NCBI GenBank assembly: GCA_012295275.1
Contig: CM022665.1
Coordinates: 29,636,001-29,700,000, forward strand
Reading direction: 5' to 3'
DNA: 64,000 bases
DNA from: Chrysomallon squamiferum
Lineage: Eukaryota > Animalia > Mollusca
Shown here: one piece after another, positions 12,659 through 25,762 of the stretch
Numbering within the stretch: position 1 is the first letter of the stretch
Layout: the number at the start of each line of letters is the position of its first letter
Program-made: the position numbers and the translations under genes
Notes under the pieces: model-generated
Seen by the model: the letters and a program-made list of their open reading frames with translations, nothing else
The model's database searches: none
What the model was told of the DNA's origin: nothing

Positions 12659-13252
12659 TGGAGGTGTATTCCGCTGAGCTCTCTTATGTGCATACTGCTG
12701 CATTTCAGTCCCTTGAGTTCTCATTTTGACTGGATCAAACACCTTCCTTTTCTTCTGGGCATTTTTGCATGCCATTTGATGCTTAGAGACGCGATCTGCA
12801 GCAAATGTGCGTCCGCATATCTGACATGGCACCAGTCTGAGAACACCATCTGCTGTTTCATCAGCTGCAGCCTCTGTGTACAGTGCTATGTGCTGATTGC
12901 TGTCAGGTATTTCTGAGTATCTTGATGGTGTTGGTGACCTTTCTTCTGAAGGTGGAGTTTCTCTCTGTGGAGGAATGTATGGAGGATTCATCTTATTTTT
13001 TCCTTTGTTGCGTTGCTGCTCTTTTCTGTGTTCAAGTTCAGCTCTCTTTTTCCTTTCTTCCATTTCTATTCTTTTTTGTTCTTCTTCCATTTCTCTTCTT
13101 TTTTGTTCTTCTTCCATTTCTCTTCTTTGCAATTCTATTTCTTCATCCTTCAGTTGTTGTTCTTTTTCCAGTTCTGCTTGTTTCCTTTCCTCTTGCATTT
13201 TAATTTTTCTTTTGTTTATTTTATTAGTTTCTTTTTCAACAGCTTTTCTGGT
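12659..13252 (-). CDS. ZC2HC1C: ZC2HC1C-like coding exon 2: E/R/K-rich helix plus first C2HC finger (LVPCQICGRTFAADRVSKHQMAC...RKVFD..KMR..GTE)
   Basis: 594 nt, phase 0 at both ends, acceptor tttcag, donor CCA|GTAAGT. Family motifs present. Confidence 0.9.
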
Positions 13253-14005
13253 CTGAAAATATCATAAGAATTAATGAATGTTTGAAAAGTAGATAATTAA
13301 TAGCATGTGCAGAATGAGGGGTTAAAATGGATCACAAAATCATTTGATACACATTTAAATGATTGTTTATTATATGGTACTTTACAGAAATCATTACTAA
13401 TACTACAGCACTGCAATCCTCAAAAACCTTTTGAAGAGATATGAAGCCGGGTATCTTCCTTTGTTTTGTGACATCAATTCATATATATAGAAATGTATCA
13501 GTTATTATAATAAACAAACAAACAAACAAACAAACAAATAAATAAATAACTAAACATTACAGAATAAGATTACAGTAAGTTTGGAATAGTTTTCTTCCAA
13601 AGTTATATACTCTTATTCTGAAAATTTTCTTGCCTTACCAGGCACACAAAAGCTTTTTATAGCATTTCTCTGTAGAAAAGGGATGAATGTCACATCACTA
13701 TCAAATACACTTTTGCTTGTATAATTTTATTAACATAGTTTATTAGTAGTAGAAATTGATTGCCTGAGAATACCTTGAAAATATTTGAAATGTTTTCAGA
13801 TATTTGTGCTTGTTACGAAGGCACACTTTATAAATGCTGCTAACAAAAAAATGTAAATTATGTCAGGAAAATGAAATGAAACAATAAAAAAATTATGTTT
13901 ACCCACATTTACTCTACACATGGCAACTCAAAATAGGAACAGATCGTGTAGATTGTATACTATGACAAATTAACTAGTTGTTTTAGATTTTCTGACTCTA
14001 TCTAT

Positions 14006-14045
<40 letters not shown>

Positions 14046-15392
14046 GATTTGTTCATTCTGATTAAATTAAAATTTCACACTTTAAAAAAAATATATTTAG
14101 TCACCTTTCTGTTTACTGGTTCACTTTTAATTGATTTTATTGTGGTAAGCAGATTTCTTTAAACAATCAGTTACTCAGTGTCACTGTGACTTACTTAATT
14201 CACAAACTTCATTCTGAATAATTCTAAACAAACACTTCCATCCCATTAATTAATAAAAGATTCAGAGTGCTGTCACATGTTACCATGCAACCACACAGGA
14301 TAGACAAATTACACATAACCCATTGAAGTCTGCATGTGGAGACAAACAAAAGTTATACCACCACAAGATCAGAGAAAACAGTGAAAATTGATTTGTGTTT
14401 GTATGAATAATCCATAACCAACTTTCCAACACTCTGTTAATGTACTTGTCCCCATAGTAACCATAATTTGGCTGTGCATCACTGGTATAGATTTGACATG
14501 TTCTAATTCATCTGTAATGTGCTATCTATTAAAATTGCATTAACTAATTTACCTTTTAAGTACGTACGTAGAAAATAGTGATAAATTATTTATCTCTCCT
14601 ACAAAAATGGCACGTCATTTTATACTACATTTTATAGATCTAAAGTTATGCTATAATGCTATGAACATTTTTTTATTAACACTTTACAAAATATTTAATC
14701 AGAAAGTGTAACATTTTATCAATTTTGTAAGCAAAAGTCTAAATATTATGTTTACTGATATTTTTAAAACACATATTCAAACAAGTTTCAACCAATTAAT
14801 TCCAAGCAGATGGCTTTTGGAAAACATTTATAACAAATGGGTTACATTTGCAATGTATTTTATTTTAAATTAAAATAATTTTTTTTTACTTTAATCTGAG
14901 ATGCAAAAAATTTATATCTTCATATTACTGAATCCACAGCATTTGCTAAACAATTTTTACTAATAATTTCAAACTTCTAGTAAATTCTTTTGGGTAGGCA
15001 AAAATTACTGTACTTACAAATAAATATTCCTGATATAACAATGAAATTGCATAATAATTAATGAACCTAAATGTCTAATTAAACCTCAGATATAATAATT
15101 ATTATGACCAAATTACAATGACTGGCATTGCTGCATCAGCAGTTAGGTATGTGTCTTGAAATACTCTTTCAAATGTCTTTATTTATAAATAAAATCATAG
15201 GAAAATAATTGCCTTTTGTCAGTTGCTGTATGCTAAAATAGATTTTAATATAAATACATTTTTAGAACCTTTATTAAAACTGTCAATGAAGAGTATTGTT
15301 TCTTTATTTCTTGTTCTAATAATTATAGATAAAAAAAAGTTAAAGAATAGAAATGATAATTTTTTGAAATGGTTTCATTAAAATGTATTCAC

Positions 15393-16490
15393 CTGTTCTT
15401 CTTCTTCTATCAGCCGTTCTTTTCTAAGCTCTTCAAGTTCTCTCTCTTGTTGTTCAATCTTAGCCAAAAGTTCCTTTTGTCTCTTTTCAATTTCAAGATC
15501 AGTATCAGGATCATATGAAATTTTTCTGTCACTTGTTTTTGAAGAGGTCGTATCTTCTTCTTCAGCCTGCTCAGTATCTTCCTGATTCTCTTCTTCAGCT
15601 TCTTCCTCAACCTTTTCTTCCTCTTCCTGAACTTCTTCTTCCTCCTCCTCCTCCTCTTTCTCCCATCGCTGTGTATCATAATTTATGTGTTTCAATCTCT
15701 TCAGTCTCTCCTCTCGAGCCAGGTCTTGCTCCATTTTCCATTTCTGAAAATCTGTGACATTTTCAGTATTTCTTTTTAATTTACTGTGGTCTCTAAACTT
15801 GGCTAGGTTTGGAGGTGGGCTATTATCACTGCTGCTACTCCCACTTTCCAAGGGATTGATCTCATTTCTGTTCCTAGCAAGTGCCTGTGTCTTTCTGGTG
15901 TTGTAAGAATTAGTCCCATAGACATTTGGTTTCGGCTTTTTTGGAAATTCTTCTTTATCTTGATACCTAACAATTGGCTTTAATAAGTTAGAACGATCTC
16001 GACCAGCACTAGAGCCTTGGGAATAACCATTACTTGCTTTAGAGTATATACTGGATCCTTTGGAGTATGTACTAATATTGCTGTTTGCACTGCTTTTCCG
16101 GCTGTAACCCTCAGAAGATGGTACATCTCTTCTAATCTGTTTATAGTGTTGATCAATTGGTGGTGAAAAGAATCCCTTTGATTCCAGTTTACGTCTTTCG
16201 TGAAAGAACTCTCTCACAGACGGTGTTGACCTGATACTGGTACCACTGCTCTGTCGACTGACTTTATCAAGAGCTCTTCTTTGATTTTCTTCGTACAGCT
16301 GCAACATTTTCTCTTCCTTTTGTTTTAAAAGTTGTTTTTGGTACTCAACCCGAAGCAACTCCAGTCTTGATGGTTGATGTACCTTTTCCGTTCCCCTGTC
16401 CATGACAGCTGCTGCTTTTCTGAAACGTGGAATCCTAGAAGGTGATTTGTCTCTGTAACTTGATTGAGCAGGCATTGTTAACTGATTCAT
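15393..16490 (-). CDS. ZC2HC1C: ZC2HC1C-like coding exon 1 (366 codons; coiled-coil, Ser-rich and acidic tracts)
   Basis: Long ORF with donor CAG|GTGAAT in phase 0 that joins the zinc-finger exons, giving about 641 aa. Upstream acceptor at 16523-16524. The paralogue call rests on architecture (long low-complexity N-terminus, two C-terminal fingers). Confidence 0.82.
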
Positions 16491-17004
16491 TTGATTTGTG
16501 TATTTGCGTGCTAAAGGTAAAACTGAAAGTAGAAAAATAGTTTACATTAGTTGTGATAAATGTTGAATTCAAATAAATATTTATCCAGATGTTTTTCTTT
16601 TATTGTTGTTGTTATTCGTGTACTATAATAAGTACTATGAAAACAAGAAATTATTTTAGGGAAAGAATAAATTTAGAATAATCTTCAATGTTTAACAGAT
16701 ATTTGTTGGGTATGTCAGTATCTGATCATGAAAGAGATAGTCTTTTGTCAACATGTGCCTGTGATTTGGTAACCAAAGTTGACAAATTTTTATCACATTA
16801 GACACCAGCCTACTTGTTATTATATATGTACGTACATAAATGTGTGTGTGTGTGTGTGTCACTATATTTATACATACAACATACACAAAAAATATATAGC
16901 TATATACAAACACACAAAAAACTACCATAAATATACATGAAACAAGATTATATATATTTAATTTATAAATAAATCATTAATATATTAATTGGTTCTACAC
17001 TCAC

Positions 17005-17290
17005 CTTACGATTGTTCATCTACCATATTATTATTATTATTATTATTATTATTTAAATAAAGAATAAATATAATTATAATATTTTTAGGTTTTTGTTAAA
17101 AGAGACAACAGAAATAACCAGACAAGTTTTCTTCCTGAACAAACCTGTGGTACTGTGTAGCATAAAATGAAATCCAACAAATTAACCAGTAAACAGATCA
17201 ATAATCCACCCCGAATACGGTCACGATACCACTTCTGGCGTCACACATTCATGGCAGCCATGTTGTTTACGTTTTAACTGCTAGGTAACG
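17005..17290 (-). promoter_or_regulatory. Candidate non-coding first exon and promoter of the ZC2HC1C-like gene
   Basis: Strong donor AAG|GTGAGT at 17004. CpG-containing patch at 17210-17300 with forkhead TGTTTAC (17264-17270) and X-box-like ACTGCTAGGTAAC (17277-17289). Confidence 0.45.
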
Positions 17291-17691
17291 CACGTTTTGC
17301 GATAAACAAGACAGTCATGTTCTTTTGTTGCCACAGAAGTTAATTAAAGCAGTTGTTAATTGTCTAACTGCAGTAAATCTTATTATCTAACTGCTGTAAA
17401 TCATACTGTTGTAAAAGACTGAACAACTACAATGAGATTTTTTTTTTTTTTAAACTAATTATATGTGTCTGTATATACAATATATAATATATATATATAT
17501 ATATATGCACACACACACACAAAAAATCACTTACATATACACACAACACGCAGACACACATGCATGTTCATATTCTGTGTTCTATTGAAAAATAATCACC
17601 GAAGTTGCAATTAGAAATTTATATGCTTTAATTAATTTATTAATTTAAAAGTAAAGTTCAGCTTTCTCTATATTCATATAAGTGAATTAAC

Positions 17692-17745
<54 letters not shown>

Positions 17746-17824
17746 ATCGATATGGATTAATGTTTTTTTTTTTTTTTTTTTTTAATTCAAACTTCTGATG
17801 ATTATATTATGGCAGTTGAAAACA

Positions 17825-17867
<43 letters not shown>

Positions 17868-18238
17868 TAGTTTCGACAGTTATTATTATTATTGTTATTA
17901 ACGGTCCAGAAAGGTTTCTGAAAACATTGTGATATCACACACACACACAACTCACACACACACACGCACACACACACACCCACTTGTACATTTTAAGGTT
18001 CAGGATCGACAACTTTATTTCAAAAGTAACAGTGCTTATTACATGGTTACCTCCCGTAACGTAGAATTGAAATCTTACAAAACATGTTTGAATAGATTAC
18101 TAGTATTTATCTTTGTGTAGTAAGATTACAAGTAAACGTTATGGAATGAAAATCTTAAAATGCATGATTATTTAAATTTTGAAATAGTTATTTCAGCTTC
18201 ATATATACATTTCTTGTGGAAAAAAGATTAGGTTAGAC

Positions 18239-19210
18239 TAATGGTTCAAACTTTTTGAAGTCGGCACACACTTGAAGACTTACAAAAAATTGCAGGCACA
18301 CTACACACAAAATGCTAAGAAATATAATGCAAAATGCCAAAAAAAAAAAAAAAAAAAATAAAAAAAATAATAATAATAATAAAATAAAATAAAATAAAAT
18401 ACAGAAATAAGTGAAAGAAGGGTACACACCTTTATTCATCATCTATTATGTGCTGATGAGAAGTATGAACCTGACGCGTCTTGGCAAATTCTTCAGTGTT
18501 GGGGTGTATGTATGATAAGCAAACTCTCATTTCCTCATGAATAGACTGAAGATTTGTTCTTTTTTTGCACTTGATATTGATAGAGTGGAAAATTCTAATT
18601 TGCATAAATATGATATTGAAAATTGCAGTAAAATGGCTAAATTTTTTTTTTTTTTTGGATATTGACTGGTATTCTTCTCTGATTGAAATCCAAACTTTTT
18701 TAAGACTAGATTCCTTATATTTAATCTTCAATACACCATCGGTGGATACAGCTCTAGTTCTTCTTCTTCGGTTAATGTTAAACTAGCATCATCTGAAATT
18801 TCTATGAATGGATTTCGAATCGAAGCGTATTGTTCAGTGTTAAGTGATGGAAAATAATAATTTAATTTATCTTCCAAATTTGTCAAATGTTCAATATTAA
18901 GGGGAAGGTATCATTTGTGCAAGTATTACTTGGCAAAGTAAACATTTCCAAATTACCTTCAGAAGCTCTTCTCTTCCAGATAAGTAGTTTTTTCTGAAAT
19001 GCTTTCATTTTATCAATAGATGTCATAATATTTTCTTCATTTCATTGCATGCTAGTATTAAAAATATTGAGGTGCAGAAATTTATCAGCCAAATACGCTA
19101 ATCTGCTAATCCAAAATTCACATCGAAGGAGCTCACAAAAGTGGTTTTGTCATCACAAATATTAACCTAGATCCTAGAATTTCGTGGGGCACACCCTTCG
19201 AGAACCACTG
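18239..19210 (-). mobile_element. Internally deleted hAT (Buster/Charlie family) DNA transposon, 972 bp
   Basis: Perfect 8-bp TSD GGTTAGAC at 18231-18238 and 19211-19218 (NNNTANNN). Terminus CAGTGGTTCTC on the minus strand and degenerate TAATGGTTC at the other end. Carries a transposase remnant. Confidence 0.92.
18432..19025 (-). pseudogene. Frameshifted C-terminal fragment of a Buster/Charlie (ZBED5/FAM200/SCAND3-like) transposase
   Basis: Fragments DKMKAFQKKLLIWK..., YFP...IRNPF, W...REEY, LAILLQFSISYLCKLEFS and KCKKRTNL...EEMRVCLSYIHPNTEEFAKTRQVHTSH match the hAT C-terminal dimerisation region. Several frameshifts. Confidence 0.88.
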
Positions 19211-19718
19211 GGTTAGACCAAGATTACTTGGTAATGTAGTGAAATATTATTCATATCGATTAAAAAAAAAATATCATAGTAATAATAAAAATAAAAAATA
19301 ATAATAATTAAAAGATAAATAAATGAAATAAAATAAATAATAATAATAATAATAAATAATAATAATAATGATAATAATGATAATAATAATAATAATAATA
19401 ATAAAATATATAAAAAGTAAAAAAGAAAAGAAAAAAGAAAAAGAAAAAACATATTAACTTCTATTACATACAGCATCTCATACAACTGACCTTTTTAGTG
19501 TGAAATCATCTCTAATAGCAAAATTAAAACTGAATTATGTGAAACAATCCTTTATTAGACCAACTTGAGCTTTGTTATGAACACGTTATGAATGCGTTAC
19601 TTAATACTTGTTATATGTAATAGGATAGGCAGATATGTAAGCCATCCATAAAAGTAGAAAATTTAGTCAGTTATTTTTATATCCGATCACTACGGTTTAA
19701 TTATTTTTTTTAATTTTA

Positions 19719-19764
<46 letters not shown>

Positions 19765-21031
19765 CCAAACAATGTACATCATTATATCAAGTAGATCCAT
19801 TCTTGTCTTATCCAATTTGTCAAATAATATTCTACTATATACAGGAAGCATTCATTAACACTTTGACTCTAAGGAACCATTTTGTATTATCTGATGCCTT
19901 TATATGAACAACTTTATTTTATTTCAAATGTTAACTCTTAATTTAAAAAATGACGTAATAAAACCTTTCAGCCTACGGGTAGGTTTATAATTATTATTAA
20001 ATATGTCTTGCTGATAATAGTATATATATCCAGTATATAACACTCTCTCTCTCTCTCTCTCTCTCTCTCACATACCCAGGCACACAGCATACGCTCTGAC
20101 ACAGCCACAAACAACAAAAAATGATTTTATTGTTTGACCACGGGTTTTAAACTAATTGCTTCCATTCACATTATTGTCTGTGTATTCATAGGATATAGTA
20201 ATTAGTTTATAGCAACAAAGCATTTCATAAAGATAATCTAACTACGATCCATTGGCAACAAGCCAGAAATCACCGGTATCTACATTGATTAAACAGTTTT
20301 GCTTTGGAATTGCGTGTTCAAGAACGCGTACTTGAGTATAAAAATGTTGTGTTGGTTGAATTTATAAATTATAAATTGCTAGCCGGTAGCCGCATTTGTC
20401 AGTAACAACGGCGTGTGGTTAAGGGCTCAGTGTGCTGGGTTTTTTAACGATGAATTTACAATTTATTAAATAAAATTATTTAACAGGCTTTCTTGTGTTA
20501 TTATAAAGTATTTTATTTTATCTCCCATTTCGTCTATCGTTGTAGTATTAGTATGAATTAACACAGTTAAGATGTTAAAATTAACTACAAGTTCGTTTTG
20601 ATAATAACACTTATCTTCATCTTTTTCGATCAGTTTCTTATACTAAAACGAATCGTTCCGGGGATAAAATAATAAGGGATTGGTACATTTTTTGACATTA
20701 ACATAATCAGCAAGAACAAAATATTAAGGGTATTCATATGATAACAGCTTTCGGAATAATCCTATATTAGTACAATTATTGCTCTACCTAGCCAGTGTTT
20801 GAATTATTGAAATGGATACAGATACATTAAACTTTGAGGCACTCGATATTGTTACTATGATGGAACTGTCTAGACAAACAGCCCTGTCGTTCGCACGTTA
20901 AGAATATGAAGCTAAGATCAGATATCTTCAGATGCAAACATCAGTCACTGGTATTCTATGACAATGGAGAAAAACGTCACGTTCAGTTGCTGACACTTTA
21001 GAAATGAGAAAGAGAGTATTCATTTCTTTAA

Positions 21032-21071
<40 letters not shown>

Positions 21072-22618
21072 TGTTTTTCATATGTATATTTTAACTTTAA
21101 ATTCGCAGGAGAGGTCATATCATATTAACACAGTAAATGTTTGTATTAAAAAAATAATTAAAATAAAATAAAATAAAATAAAATAAAATAAAATAAAATA
21201 AAATAAAATAAATAAATAAATAAATAAAATTGTAAATGTTTTATTATAAATTTTGTTGAAGTTTTGTTTTAGCTGTTTATCGACTGTCTAAGGTCAAGAA
21301 AGCGTAGTTATTTTGAATATTCGTGTAGCTTAACGTCACACACTGATTATTATTATTATTGTTGTTGTTATATTATTATTATTGTTATTGTTGTTGTTGT
21401 TGTTGTTATTATTATTATTATTATTATTAGTAGTAGCAGTAGTAGTAGCAGCAGCATCAGCTCTATGACGTCACAGCTATATATAAACAGAGGCATCCAA
21501 ATAATTCTTAAAGTTGTTGTTCGAAAATATCTGGGTACCGCCACGGGCTACAGAGCTTTAAATTTTCTTTAAAATTTCTTCTAGTGCTGTCCGAACAAAA
21601 TACAGTACCATTACAGTTATTCTTTAACAGTTCAGTTTTTACTTTATACCCCAGTAACAAACGATGTTTAATGAAGTCTCAAAAAAACAGTTTTTACAAT
21701 ATACTAAAAGTGAGCGGTGTTTTTCCCAAGTTTTATTTCAATTCATCCATGAAATAAATCAAACACTTCATAATATAACTTCTTCTGTGAAACCACCAAC
21801 ACGTGTTGTCCGAACGGCAAATTATTAAAACTTGTAATCCTAAGTTTGTGGAGGAACCACAAAAAATATCAGTGAAGTAGCAATAATGGAATCTTCTAGA
21901 TTTAGGGTAACTGATAATCGTCTGCATTTCAGATCCATGAAAGCAGAAGTGACCCAAACATCAAAAGCACGCATCAGTCAAATGGTGGGAATAAACATTT
22001 ATACCCGGATGATTAAACAGACCCTCGAGCTTTATCGTGTTATATTTTTCTCTTAAGACATCCTTGATGTACCTCTCTAGTATTATCAAAACACATAAAT
22101 TTTCTTTCAACACATTGTTGAGAATTTATGTAGTAACAAGGGTGTATTTCATTATTTTTCAGTCCAGTGTACTTGAGTTTAGTCGTATGCTTGATAATAA
22201 AAAATTTGAATAGATCGTTGACAAGTCGCATTTTGTTGATGATGGGTGCTATTAAAACTGTTTACTGAAATGAGTTATATACTACACCTTGCACTTTAAA
22301 CCGTCTTGTAAGAATTCTAGAGTGTTGTTTTCTGACTTATGTCGTTAAAAGCAAGCAAAGTATTACATTGAATGCTGGATTATTCATAAAGGTTAGCAGA
22401 AAATGTTCTTTAAGAACTATACTTCAAAATTTCAAGGATGTCTGCTGAAATTAATCTGTCTTGTGTCACTTTGCTTTTGAGTAAATAATTCCTATCAGTA
22501 ACTATGCAGTTGTCACAATAAAGTAACCCCCCATTTTGTTTACTAGCATCTTTTGATATGTTCGTATCACTCCTTTCATTCATTTTCTAAAACCTCTCTG
22601 TAAGAAAAGTACGTTTTC

Positions 22619-22684
<66 letters not shown>

Positions 22685-23026
22685 ATTAGCAGCTGTTTGT
22701 CGTGTCGATTTCATCTTGGTCGTCTGTAGCATTAGTCGAGAATAAAGATTGTAAACCAGTCCTCTAAGAAACTGTCAAACAAGGCAAATAATCAGTCAGT
22801 ATTCGTATACTTAATAATAATCAACTGACAGACTTGGCCAAAAATATAACATTAACACGTAGATGTGAATTTTTCGTGAATTCAGTATATCATAGCGATA
22901 GCATACGTAACTGTAGTGAAATATTAAGATTATATCATTAACATTAGTAAATTACAAATGGTGGCTTAGAGAAACTGGTAAGAGGTATAACAAAAAGAGA
23001 TTCTACGTGATTTGTTGACCCGTTTT

Positions 23027-23099
<73 letters not shown>

Positions 23100-25762
23100 A
23101 ATTTGCTTTAGTATACATACTGCAAATATTAATTATGAAAAAACAACATAACGTTATGGAGAACCTGAAATTATTTTATGAACTTTTATTAATACATTAT
23201 TTACTAAATAATAATAATAATAATAATAATAACAAGAAGAAGGAAAAAAAGAAGATGTCGTGAATGATAACAGTAACAATTTTCAAAATTAAATAAGGTT
23301 TGTTGCTGAGGTTTTACAGAAAAAACTGAACTGTTGATGTGAAGTTGTGGCGAATGAATTGTCTTTAAAACAACAAAAATTCTTTGTGCTTTTAAAGTTT
23401 TGTTTTTATTGTCTTTTATTAGCTCTGTCATCGTTGATAACAAATTATGACATAAATAGTACTATTATTGATTAATTTTATATTATTTATTTATATGTTA
23501 AAAATATTTGATATCATTAAAACTGAACGCGTTTAAATTAAAATACATTCCTTTTTCCCCCCACTTATTCTACATAAATTAACACTGAGGTAATAGTCGG
23601 GCCATACATAAAAACAGATAAACAAAACAAAAAAACCATACTTACATACATATCTTCCAATTCTTCGTCGCTTTAATATGCAATACCTACAGTGAAAAGT
23701 AATTCGAAAAATGTCTATTAAACTGACATTATTTCGATTTATATATTTCTGATAAAATCTGTATGTCTTTAAATTAATAATATATCCCATTTCTTCTTTT
23801 TTTTCTTTTTCTTTTTTTGGTCTCTTATTCGACGTAAAATAACATCGAGATAATAGTGGTGCCATAAATAAACACATGTTGCATTTACTTCATTTTTGTG
23901 GCTGTTTAAGAATTGATCAAGACGAAATTACCAAAACAAGATTAAAAAGTAATTTAATTGTAAGGCGGAAACAACGAGTTTGTGAAACACGTCTGCAAAT
24001 GAATTATATTATATGGAGACAAGGACATGCTCAAAAAGTGGAATGCTTGTGAAATGTTTCTATCAATCGATAAATGACTATAACTGCTCTTTATTAAGCT
24101 GAGAACTATTAAAGTCGTCTTCAATTTTCCACGTTGTTGAAAAGAAGCTCGTTTTTCTATACGGTCGTGACTGTAATAATGAAGATAGACATTTCTAGGT
24201 TTAAAAAGATATATTTTTTCGTTATACATAACCGCGCTAATATTGATTATTTCTGAAATTAAGTTTAAAAATTACTTTAACATCGGTTCATTATATAATT
24301 TTGTTAATGCAATGTTAGTTACCTTCATCTTATTATCTCTCCACTTGTCCTTCCAGATGTTTGTCTCTCTGTCCTTCTGTCTGTCTATCTATTTGTCTGC
24401 CTGTCTACTTGTCTGTTTGTCTATATATGCATCCAACTCCGTCTGTCCATCTCTCTATTTGTTTGCATATCAACAGAGAGAAACATAACCAGAGAAATAG
24501 ATATATAAAGATACTGCCAGTCTTTCTGTGATTTTTGGTAATCTATTCATTAATAAGAAACAAGAAGATCAAGAGAAATAACACCGAGTTAAGCTGCTGG
24601 CCTTAACTCGAAACAGGAAAGAAAAACAAAGCAGACTAGACTCGGTTATGTGTATACTTCATAAATGATACAAGCTGGGATCGAAAACCAGTGCCAGCTT
24701 TTATACAGAACTAACAACAACATTATATTTTATCTTTATTAAACCTGTAATACATAATTTTTTTTAATAATAATCAGAAAATAAAATAAAATAAATAAAC
24801 AACACCAAACAATAATAATAATACCAAAAATCAGAAAGGAAAAACATTTGAAAATAAAAGCAGAACAACTGTTAAAAATGAAATTTTATAATTTGTAATA
24901 TTCGCTAAATGTGATTATATTTAGCAAACTTAATAATTTCATCTTGCGCAATAAATCGTTTTAAACTCGCTGTGAATAATAATTTAAAAAAAAGTACCCA
25001 ATAATAACAAAAGTGAAAAACAAAAAGCGCACAAAACCCTTCCAACCTACTAACATTAAAATACAAAAAGATATTTTCACTTAAATACAATAATCCATGT
25101 AAATGGTTTCTACGATGTTTAAAGTTGTGCCTTATTGACATGTTACTTCTTTGGATACAAAATGAACTCATCTCAGAAATTCCAAAATCTTAACTATTAA
25201 TGAATTTAAAAGGCTGTTTGATTTGATGTTGTTGAATGTATGTTATATATTACATTTATTTACGTACGTACGCATGTATATATGTTACTGAAATTAAAAT
25301 ATAATTTAAAGATTATTGTATATGATATTTATCTACCATATAACAGAAAAGAGATAATATTATTGTCAATACAGTCATTGTCTGAATTTACAATGGAAGA
25401 GATCGATGTTTGTTTAACCTGATCATCATCTTCACTTCTACATCTTCCGGTTGCAATTTTGTTCGTCTTAATAACACGTGTTTCTTCTTAAACTGGCAGC
25501 TGATATAAAGGAACGTAGTGTTGCTATTCTCTTGACATGACATGTGTGTACGGTGACTTCCCACCTAGCCAAAAACCTAATCAAATCAATCTATTACAAC
25601 AACATTGGGTTTTGACTAGGTGGGAGTTGGTTGGTATGAGATTAACTTTGGTCAGTACTATTATATTCTAGTTATTTTGCGGTATTCTAGTCACTCATTT
25701 GTACAAACTCATCAACATCACTAGCAGAGTACTTCTATTTTCTGAGCTATATTCATATTTAA

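Noticed and set aside
12623-13267. Plus-strand ORFs rich in S/F/L (also 15515-15757, and the alternative-frame ORF 15410-15679)
   Set aside because: Antisense or frame shadows of the E/K-rich ZC2HC1C exons.
20405-20440. GGCGTGTGGTTAAGGGCTC as a tRNA gene
   Set aside because: A-box-like only, with no cloverleaf or B-box. At most a SINE-head relic.
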